A DNA stretch of 41,822 bases from a virus (taxonomy: Duplodnaviria; Caudoviricetes): IMG/VR virus record IMGVR_UViG_3300033406_000375, positions 1-41,822 of that record, one strand, 5' to 3'. The first letter of the stretch is position 1, and each line of letters begins with the position of its first letter. Positions 1-7,800 of this stretch are shown piece after piece. Made by a program: the position numbers and the translations under genes. The notes beneath the pieces were generated by a model, which saw only the letters and a list, made by a program, of their open reading frames with translations, was not told the DNA's origin and made no database searches.

Positions 1-528
1 TTAAGCCACTCCTTTATTGCGAAACAGATGCGTAACATCAATCCCGCCATGATCGTTTATGAGCGCCCGGTAAAAACGCACAGGCGAAATATTACCGGGT
101 TCAATATCGGGCAGTACCGGCAAGCCTGCGCCCCGGTCAATCCTCACCCAATCTTCAGCGCACATGGTCGTTGCGTCAGAATCCGGTAACTGCGTACCAG
201 TTTCTTCGAATATGGCAGTTTTCAAGCAATCGCTATAACCGTAGGGAGTACCCAGCAAACCACTGGCTACGTCCATCCCAGCCGCTAAGTCTGGAACGTC
301 AACCATAATAAAGCGCGCATTGGGGTTGTTGAAATACTTATCCTTGCGGTGCAACCAGGTACCAGGGTACAGATCGCCTTCGTCTTTTGTGGCTAGCGCT
401 TCTAATGTCCGGCCAAAGATTATGCCGGCAACGTGAACAATGTCATCATTACCGGCATGGCTATATTTCTTTATTGTTTTGTCAGCAAAGGATTCTCCAC
501 CAACAAATATATGAATTAGTTTTGCCAC
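1..528 (-). CDS. Permuted papain-like (NlpC/P60 superfamily, YiiX/YebB-like) enzyme
   Basis: His motif (VHVAGI) precedes LGTPYG and the Cys motif (TMCAE), with C-terminal ISP; this is the permuted order. GTG start overlaps the upstream TAG. Confidence 0.55.
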   Translation of the reverse strand: MAKLIHIFVGGESFADKTIKKYSHAGNDDIVHVAGIIFGRTLEALATKDEGDLYPGTWLHRKDKYFNNPNARFIMVDVPDLAAGMDVASGLLGTPYGYSDCLKTAIFEETGTQLPDSDATTMCAEDWVRIDRGAGLPVLPDIEPGNISPVRFYRALINDHGGIDVTHLFRNKGVA

Positions 529-707
529 TATTCAACCTCGGCAGTTACCACGGCTTTGCCGTCATACTCGATAACGTCAATAGCGCCATTCTCGGCAATT
601 GCAAACTCTACTTCGTTACCATCGGCAAGCACCTTTACGACTTCGCCCTTTACGCCCTCCGGCAATGCAAAAATACCAGTGTCCTCAACGCGAATTAAAG
701 TAATCAT
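528..707 (-). CDS. Hypothetical 59-aa acidic protein (not in ORF track)
   Basis: GGAGG RBS at 716-720; MITLIRVEDTGIFALPEG...VVTAEVE; TAGTG coupling to the next gene. Confidence 0.75.
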   Translation of the reverse strand: MITLIRVEDTGIFALPEGVKGEVVKVLADGNEVEFAIAENGAIDVIEYDGKAVVTAEVE

Positions 708-725
708 GTTTCATTCCTCCAATTT

Positions 726-1286
726 TTATATTTTTATTGTTTGTTGATAAAAAACGGCTTTACCCCGCAGGATTTCGCCGCCAGAATACCATTTGTCACC
801 GTTTTTCAGAAACAGTAAATCCCATCTTGTTTCTGGATCGCCGCTATTGATTCCATAACCATCGATATCGGCAGCTTCGCCGTGAGTCATGACATGCTCT
901 GTGTCAATCGAAATACCCAGCGCGCTGCATAGAACAGATACTACCTGTGCCATAGCTTCAATCTGTAGTTTCGTTGGCGGCTCCGGCCCTAAATTATTGC
1001 TAGTCGCCTGATAGCAGCAGGCAAGAGATATTCCTATTGCTCCGGTATTGCGATGCCATGTATGCGCCTTTAACTCTGCCAGATCATCGGTACTGGTATA
1101 AACATTGCCGTCTGCATCAATATTGATATGGTAGTCATCAAAGAAGCTGCCATAATGACCAGCAGACCAGTGCAGGTAGAGTTTAATGTCACGGCCTACC
1201 GATTTAGCGGCAGCCTGCAGATCGGCCTTTGCTGCTAGTGCAAGTTCTTTCAGTTCGACTAGCGTTACGTGTTTAAATCCTTCCAC
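726..1286 (-). CDS. Endolysin, N-acetylmuramoyl-L-alanine amidase (Amidase_2-like)
   Basis: LYLHWSAG, YHINID, AHTWHRNTGAIGI and VMTHGE zinc-amidase motifs; position in the lysis module. Confidence 0.85.
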   Translation of the reverse strand: MEGFKHVTLVELKELALAAKADLQAAAKSVGRDIKLYLHWSAGHYGSFFDDYHINIDADGNVYTSTDDLAELKAHTWHRNTGAIGISLACCYQATSNNLGPEPPTKLQIEAMAQVVSVLCSALGISIDTEHVMTHGEAADIDGYGINSGDPETRWDLLFLKNGDKWYSGGEILRGKAVFYQQTIKI

Positions 1287-1757
1287 TTACACCACCCTTT
1301 CTTGTACTTGTTCTATGGTTTCGCCCGGTTGCTTTACCGGATTAGCCTTGCCGATTTTTTGCATTATCCAAGTGCCGTGAGTCGTGCAATGAGCGCCGGT
1401 ACATTTGCCCCTATGGTGAACTGTACAAAGCTGCATTTGATTGCGAATATCATCAACAGAAGTCAATGGAATATCAATCATTTTATGGCTGTATCCGTAA
1501 ACATCATTGCATAGTAAATATGCCTTTAACTCTTCAAAATCACAGTTATTTTCATCTGCCTTTTCACAGCCGTAATGATGTGTTTCAATATCTTCTGATG
1601 TTCCGCAAATAAAGCAAGTTATATGTCCATCCTCTTCCAGTTGTTTTTTTGACTTATGAAACAAAGAAACATTTTCGCTACGGTCATCATGTGCAGCAAT
1701 GACTTTTTCCTCGGAGAATGTCATATGCTCAACATGTTCAGCTACCACCTTCGTCAT
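1287..1757 (-). CDS. Zn-binding HNH-like protein inside the lysis cassette
   Basis: CFICG-x6-THH ... N-x3-LCTVHH...GAH pattern. Confidence 0.5.
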   Translation of the reverse strand: MTKVVAEHVEHMTFSEEKVIAAHDDRSENVSLFHKSKKQLEEDGHITCFICGTSEDIETHHYGCEKADENNCDFEELKAYLLCNDVYGYSHKMIDIPLTSVDDIRNQMQLCTVHHRGKCTGAHCTTHGTWIMQKIGKANPVKQPGETIEQVQERVV

Positions 1758-2017
1758 GCCCTAACCTCCAATCCGTCAATTCGTTTGTGAGCAGATTTAC
1801 TTGATTCCTCGACGGCTACTAACCGCTTGTCAATATCGCGCTGATCTTGTTCCATACGGTCAAGCATGTTTTTTAGTTCCTCTACCGTCTTGTTTAGCGT
1901 ACTGATCGCCGTCTGCAATGGATTAACAACTACATATTTTGTTATGCCGGCGATAACTCCGGCAGCAAATGCAATGATTGTTATACACGCCACTATATTA
2001 GCTAAAAATTCCCCCAC
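1754..2017 (-). CDS. Holin-like/XhlA-like membrane protein
   Basis: N-terminal TM helix plus coiled coil ending SAHKRID; first gene of the lysis cassette. Confidence 0.55.
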   Translation of the reverse strand: MGEFLANIVACITIIAFAAGVIAGITKYVVVNPLQTAISTLNKTVEELKNMLDRMEQDQRDIDKRLVAVEESSKSAHKRIDGLEVRA

Positions 2018-2039
2018 CCTACACCTCCAAATTAAGACA

Positions 2040-2062
2040 TAAAAATAACCGCCTTATGCGGT
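2040..2062 (-). terminator. Putative intrinsic terminator
   Basis: ACCGC-ataag-GCGGT hairpin followed by TATTTTT on the minus strand. Confidence 0.5.
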
Positions 2063-2203
2063 AGTTGTTGTTTCAGTAGTCTCGGTTGTCGTGGTTTCCG
2101 TTGTCGTTTCTGTTGCCTTGTACCTTGGGCACTTAGAGTTAGTGCAATACCCTGTTTCCGTGTCGTTCTTTGACCGGCATATAAAACATCTACTAGTTGC
2201 CAT
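2054..2203 (-). CDS. 49-aa Cys4 zinc-ribbon peptide with a Thr/Glu tail (not in ORF track)
   Basis: GGAGG RBS, TAATG coupling; MATSRCFICRSKNDTETGYCTNSKCPRYKATETTTETTTTETTETTTTA. Confidence 0.7.
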   Translation of the reverse strand: MATSRCFICRSKNDTETGYCTNSKCPRYKATETTTETTTTETTETTTTA

Positions 2204-2535
2204 TATTCAATCGCCTCCAATGCTGTTTTATAAGCTGAGACTGCGGCTTCGTACTCAGTGTAAACTTCGTCTGCTGTAGATGTTCCGAAAAGTTTGTCTG
2301 CCATGAGCGCAGCGGAGTAGTCTTGCGCTAATTGGTCGATTGTTGTTTGATATTCGATATCTAAAGCAGTAGTCTTTTCGGTCAATATCTCTGCTTCGGT
2401 CTGTGCTGCTTCTGGTGTATTTCCTGCGGCTACCCAAGCGAGATATTCTTGATAGTCGCGATTATCTTCCTTGGCAGCAATATTAGCATTGTCAGCTAGT
2501 CTTATAATCGCCGTTGATTTTGTCAGTTTATACAT
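2203..2535 (-). CDS. Tail fibre assembly/chaperone-like protein
   Basis: NRDYQEYLAWVAAGNTP motif; directly follows the fibre gene. Confidence 0.6.
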   Translation of the reverse strand: MYKLTKSTAIIRLADNANIAAKEDNRDYQEYLAWVAAGNTPEAAQTEAEILTEKTTALDIEYQTTIDQLAQDYSAALMADKLFGTSTADEVYTEYEAAVSAYKTALEAIE

Positions 2536-2546
2536 ATATTCCCTCC

Positions 2547-3566
2547 TTACAGTCTTGCGTCCGCTTTAATGATTTCTTCCGTTGACGAATATGTACCAGT
2601 AGCAGCAACAGTTACCGTGTATCTAGCACCATAAACTGTTTGCAGCGATATCGAAACCGTTGATATATTGGTTCTATCTGTATATCCAGTATTGGTAACA
2701 GTTGGAGTGGTTCTTTTTTGAACCGTCCAATTTATAGGTATACCATAAATATAATTTCCACCAACAGAATATCCTCGCTGCGATATACTAATTATTTCGA
2801 GATACCGCTTGCATAGATTTAACTCTAATCCATACGGTCTTTCCTCAAACACGGTGGCTATAGAACCTTTTTCAAATTGCACCTTACTTAATGTTCCTGT
2901 ACCGAATTCAACAGTCAAATTTGTACCACCTGTTGCCGTTCCAGTTACACCGCTTGCGCTATAACTACCGCTATTTATACGCCCCGTTGCTGTACCAGTC
3001 CAGGACAATACGTGTGTACCGCTTTGTAGGTTTATGCCCTCGACAACTTGCAGTAAAGTGCCTGCTGTAATTGTTATGGTTGTTACATTTTCTGCGGTGG
3101 CAAAGGTATAAGTACAACCACTAGAACCTGCTTTCCAGCCGTCGTGGCCGTAAGTTCCTGCAGTAAGCGTTACTGTTCCTGAAACACCCTCCTGATTTAC
3201 GGCAAAGTTCCCGTTAATTAATTTATTGCGACCAACCATCTGATTCCATGTTACCCAGTCGGTTCCATTAAAAATCAAAGTCATACCTACAGATGGACTA
3301 GATGGTTTTGCAATTTTTTCTATGTCTAATTCATTTATTGCATCTTGAACTGTAGTTGATGTTATATTGCCAGTAGGAGTATTTGCAACCATTGATCCGG
3401 TTACGCCGGTGTAAGCAGTCGCGGTTACGCCAACCGCATTAACATCGCCGGTAGCCGTTAAATTTTCGACATATAAATCATCTATGTACCCATCGGCAAA
3501 ATGCTTACTTGCTTTCCCCACGCCGCCATCCGCGTTACTTCTAGGGACATATTTTCTTTCAGCCAT
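2547..3566 (-). CDS. Tail fibre / receptor-binding protein
   Basis: Thr/Gly-rich beta-type sequence; GRNKLINGNF and ERPYGLELNLCKRY fibre motifs; ends ADARL. Confidence 0.75.
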   Translation of the reverse strand: MAERKYVPRSNADGGVGKASKHFADGYIDDLYVENLTATGDVNAVGVTATAYTGVTGSMVANTPTGNITSTTVQDAINELDIEKIAKPSSPSVGMTLIFNGTDWVTWNQMVGRNKLINGNFAVNQEGVSGTVTLTAGTYGHDGWKAGSSGCTYTFATAENVTTITITAGTLLQVVEGINLQSGTHVLSWTGTATGRINSGSYSASGVTGTATGGTNLTVEFGTGTLSKVQFEKGSIATVFEERPYGLELNLCKRYLEIISISQRGYSVGGNYIYGIPINWTVQKRTTPTVTNTGYTDRTNISTVSISLQTVYGARYTVTVAATGTYSSTEEIIKADARL

Positions 3567-3576
3567 GAGTTACCTC

Positions 3577-4164
3577 CTATTCTTTTGGCATAATGTCGCC
3601 ATCTTCGTCAAGTTCAAAATCTGCTGAGTATGTCGGGCTTAACGCCGGCATTAAGTCGCCATCTTCGTCAATGTCAAAAAAATCATTTGCTACCCATGCG
3701 GCCCTTACCCAGTTAGCACTATCTGGCGGTATGTCTCCAAGCACCGCAGTTCCTATGCACCGGTAGGCATAACCGTCTGTATAGGCAACTACATCCGGGT
3801 AATTATAGGTAGTTGTTGCACTCCACGCCTCGGCCTCTGCGCCTAGTGCCAGCGCCGCGCTTTGTGCCGCCTCAGTTGCGCTTTGCGCTGCTGCTGTCGC
3901 TGCCGTTGTTGCTGTATTGGTTGCTGTTGTTATCGCAGTAGATAATGTTGTTTCCATAGTAGCCAACGAAGTAGATGCCGAGCTCGCTGAGGTAGCTGCA
4001 CTTGTTGCGCTGGTTGCCGCATTAGTCTCGCTTGTCGCCGCATTAGCCGCACTGGTTGCCGCAGCCGTGGCACTCTCTGCCGCTGCTGTTGTGTTGGCAG
4101 TTACTGTTCTTGCTATCCGCTTATCAGCCGTGCTTAATTCGACCACAATCACATCTTTAGCCAT
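3577..4164 (-). CDS. Tail-associated protein with an Ala/Thr stalk and a small carbohydrate-binding-like module
   Basis: Ala/Thr/Ser repeats; WSATTTYNYPDVVAY..YRC module; duplicated DEDGD(L/I)MP C-terminus. Confidence 0.6.
   Translation of the reverse strand: MAKDVIVVELSTADKRIARTVTANTTAAAESATAAATSAANAATSETNAATSATSAATSASSASTSLATMETTLSTAITTATNTATTAATAAAQSATEAAQSAALALGAEAEAWSATTTYNYPDVVAYTDGYAYRCIGTAVLGDIPPDSANWVRAAWVANDFFDIDEDGDLMPALSPTYSADFELDEDGDIMPKE
3587..3679. repeat. Imperfect 60-bp-period direct repeat
   Basis: gtcgccatcttcgtcaa at 3595 and 3655, encoding ELDEDGDIMP and DIDEDGDLMP. Confidence 0.8.
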
Positions 4165-4168
4165 GTTA

Positions 4169-4510
4169 TCAACTCCTTATAGGTATATTCCCTTCCATGT
4201 ATCGGAAAGTGTCGCCTGATTCGACCACATCAAGCGCATAATGAGCCATCCCAACGGGTAGACTTGATGTAGTCGTTTCCTGCATTTCAATTTCAATAGT
4301 TCCATCAGTTCCTAGTGTTAGGCCGCTTGTTTCAGTGAGTGCTAACAGGCTGTCAGTGTCGGTCGCACTTTTGGTGATATTCAGCGTAGCGGTGCAGGCT
4401 GCCAAATCCTTTGCCACGCCGTTGACAGTAATGGTTAGCACTGGATCGTAAACCGTGCCCTTAATTATTACCGGAAGGTCTTTATTGGCTGGTGTTATTA
4501 TGTTGAACAC
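4169..4510 (-). CDS. Putative fibre-anchoring structural protein (BppU-N-like)
   Basis: Beta-rich; TSSLPVG..HYALDV..RYMEG pattern; lies between the ejection and fibre genes; start codon uncertain. Confidence 0.45.
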   Translation of the reverse strand: MFNIITPANKDLPVIIKGTVYDPVLTITVNGVAKDLAACTATLNITKSATDTDSLLALTETSGLTLGTDGTIEIEMQETTTSSLPVGMAHYALDVVESGDTFRYMEGNIPIRS

Positions 4511-4520
4511 CTCCTTTGCG

Positions 4521-4545
4521 TAAAAATAGACGCGCTAGGCGTCTT
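4521..4545 (-). terminator. Putative intrinsic terminator
   Basis: AGACGC-ctagc-GCGTCT followed by ATTTTT on the minus strand. Confidence 0.5.
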
Positions 4546-4551
4546 TGTTGG

Positions 4552-4560
4552 TGATATAAT
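4552..4560 (+). promoter_or_regulatory. Extended -10 promoter for the antisense membrane-protein gene
   Basis: TGaTATAAT just upstream of the GGAGGG RBS. Confidence 0.55.
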
Positions 4561-4578
4561 TAATTGTGGAGGGATACT

Positions 4579-4818
4579 ATGTTTGAGAAAATTTATTACA
4601 TAATCAGCATACCCCTTGGAATAATAATGGCCTTTGGCATAATTGGCGCATTTATTAACGGGTTTTCCGATTTAGCCAGGCAACTACGTTGTAACCGCAG
4701 TGGGGCGCAAAGTTCAACTGAAACATTTATGATGATAGCTTTCTTTGTTGTAATAATGATAGTTTTGATGTGTTTAGGATTACGCCCCAAGGGGTCACAT
4801 GGTATAATGATTGACTAA
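4579..4818 (+). CDS. Two-TM small membrane protein (moron)
   Basis: GGAGGG RBS fits ATG 4579; two hydrophobic helices; opposite strand to the virion operon. Confidence 0.7.
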   Translation: MFEKIYYIISIPLGIIMAFGIIGAFINGFSDLARQLRCNRSGAQSSTETFMMIAFFVVIMIVLMCLGLRPKGSHGIMID

Positions 4819-7800
4819 TTTTTCCCTATTGCTTTTCTGGCAATCTGCAATACTTTTGCTGCATTGGTGTCAATCTTTTGCCGCTTCTGCTCGGGGGTCA
4901 GTTTATCGTCATTAGTAATGTTGCGATTTTCTTTGTTAAGGTCCTTGATTCTTTCTGCATTCTGCCGCATTTTCTTGACTTCTGCAGGAGGATTGCCTTT
5001 CTTACCAGATGCGTTGTAAGTCTTTTCGACTTCTTCAAGTTTATTATAGAATTCTTCGACCGATTGCGGATTTTTAAGCGGCGTATAAGTTAATCCACGA
5101 ATACCGGGCAACTCCGACATTGTCTTAGCAGGCAATTCTTTGGGGTTGCCTATTAAATTGTCCGTAAGTCCCACTAAGAACTTACCGGCGCTGGCAGTAT
5201 ACCCATTAATGGTATTGTCTATCTTCATTGGGGAAGTACCGGTTGCGCTACCTAACGACTTTGCCATCTCGGAAGTATATGCATTATATTGAAGTTCGTC
5301 AGGTAAGCCTTGCTCTTTTCTGCCAACGACAGGCTTGCCGGTAAAGAAATTGTAATTTGTTATCCATTCAATTAGCGGCCCTGCTAAAGTCGGCATAATA
5401 CTTGGGGCAAAGCCGTCAAGAGCGTACTTAGCCCATTGCGTAACGGCATCTTTATCCTCGTTAAACATTTGGTCTAATGCCCGTTCAATTGATGAACCCC
5501 AAACAATGCCAGGCTCAAACGGTTTGGGTATACGAATGATAGTTCCGTTGTGTTCAAGTAACCAACTTGAATTTTTCACGTCATCCGGCAGCTCTTTATA
5601 CCACTCTTGGTCATGGTTCATAAGCCAAGTTACTACGCTAGGAAGGGTAATATAGGTAAGCGCAAAAGCCGTTGTTCTTGCTGGGTTATCCTTGAATGAC
5701 CGGAAAAACCTATCTCCACCCTGCAAAACGGCATTAAAAAACGGCACTATTTGGTTAATCTGTCTACCAATAGTACCGGATCGGCTAAAGTCAAGAGTAA
5801 CATCCTTGGCTAATAACCCCGCTTCTTCAATACTTACTCCCTGTTGTCTGGCTCGTTCAAATTCCCGCACCCTAGTGCCTGATTCTGCCGCTTCTGATAC
5901 TTTCCTAGCACCTTGATATGCGGCTTCAATGTAGGTTAACGGGTTATATTTGCGCCACTCACTGCCGCCACCCATTTTATCGAGCATACTGCCAACACTT
6001 GACCGATCAAGGCCAACAAAAGCCGATAACGGAGCGCCGGACGCCTTGAACTCATAAGCCAATTCCTTGTTAGTCGCTAATGATTTAGCTCCTTTTATAG
6101 TGTCTAATACCGGTTTAAACCCCGTTTCCGAATATAAGCCGGCTGTCAGAGTGTCGCGGATAAGGTTTCTCACTACAAAATCAGGTGATATGGTTGCTCC
6201 AACCCTTAACGCTTGCGCAAACGGCTTGAGCATACTAATAAGCATATTGCTTGATTGTTGATTCATCGACATTATGGCCCGGTAAAATTCCGGTGTAGTT
6301 TGAAATGCTTGTTTTTCGCCGTCTACCATGACAGTAAATATGCTTTTATTGGCATCACTTGTAGTGCCGGCCACTTTTTCAATAAACTTACCTAGACCGC
6401 TTTCCTTATTCAGTTGAATAAAAGTTTGCGCAACCTTATTGCGTTCGGCAGCACTCAATACGGTATAGGTGTTTTTAATTGTGTTTTCAAGCGGATCAAT
6501 AACCGTTCTTGTTGAACCTTCCTCGGTTAATTTTTTGAGCGGATTGCCAACATTACCAATCTTTTTACCAGTACTAAAGGCATCAGTCATAGCACCTTCG
6601 TCGGCGAAGTCGCGCATCATCGGAGCATAGTTTTTATACTTGTCACGCAGGACAGTAAGAGTTTCTTTGCTAATAATTCCGCTATCTTCGGCAATGGCCA
6701 GCAAATTGTCGTTGTATTGATAAAATTTCTCTGTCAATTCCTGCAGTTCTTTTGGGGAATTTTTTGCTATGGCTTCAGCATCCAGTTTTGACATTGGGCC
6801 TTTATATCCTGGTTCAAGCTTTTGTATTTCAATTTGCCGCTTAGCTGTGAGTAATGTACTAAAAGCCTGTTGCCATGTCTTAAAGTTGCCGTTTTTAAGG
6901 TACTCAGGATATTTTTCATTCAGTGTTTTGCGGTTAAGCCCCTCAACTATTTCCCTAATAGTGACGGCATGTTCCAATTTGCCGTTGTACAACTTATTCA
7001 AGGTTGCTTGTACCAACTCAGGATTGCTATCTGACACAAGCATTTCAGCCCTTGCCAGTGAAGAATTTTGCACCATTCGCGCTTTCTTGTATGGGTTTTG
7101 CTCAAATTCAAGTTTGCGGCCTAGTTGCTTTTCGATCTCAGATGTGAACCGGGCTAACTCCACTTTGTCATCGAAAAACGCTTCATAGGCCTTGTATGCC
7201 ATAGATTTAGCATTATCCTTCAATGTTTCAAACTTGTTATCTCCGGCAAATGATACTGCGCCACGCCCCCTGGCCTCCGGCGATTGGTTGTTCCAAGCCT
7301 GCACCATGTCTTTAAACTCATTAACTCTTGCACGAACGTCTGCATTTTTAGACAAAGCTTCTTCAAATGCCGCGAAGTAGTTAGGGAAATTTTGTTTTGC
7401 TTTTTCAGGATTATTTATATAGTCTTTGGTGAACTCGGCAATCCCTTCTGCCCTGACTTGCTCGGGCGCGTATGCTCCTTCACCAAATCGCTCATGTACA
7501 ATTTTCTTAAATTCGGCATCAAAAGCAGGTTCTTTTCTCAACCCCAGTGCTGCATCGACTAAATGACCGACTTCGTGCGCCGCGACGTTTAAATCACCGT
7601 AGTCCTTAGTACGGATTATTCCGGTTCCGTGGTTAACAAAGCCTTCAACACCTTTATGACCAATACGACCGGTGCGAATAGGAGCAAATATATCATTGAC
7701 CCGGTTTAGCAACTCTTTCATGGTAATGTTTTTGCCGTCATATTTGCCTTTTACGTCGCCGCCTAACCTAGGCGCTGGTGGTACTTCGCCGCCGTCGGTG

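Noticed and set aside
3917-4219. Hydrophobic plus-strand ORF
   Set aside because: It is the antisense shadow of the Ala/Thr repeats and has no RBS
2203-4510. Diversity-generating retroelement, given the BPP-1-like virion genes
   Set aside because: No reverse transcriptase ORF, and no adenine-variant template repeat of the fibre C-terminus was seen
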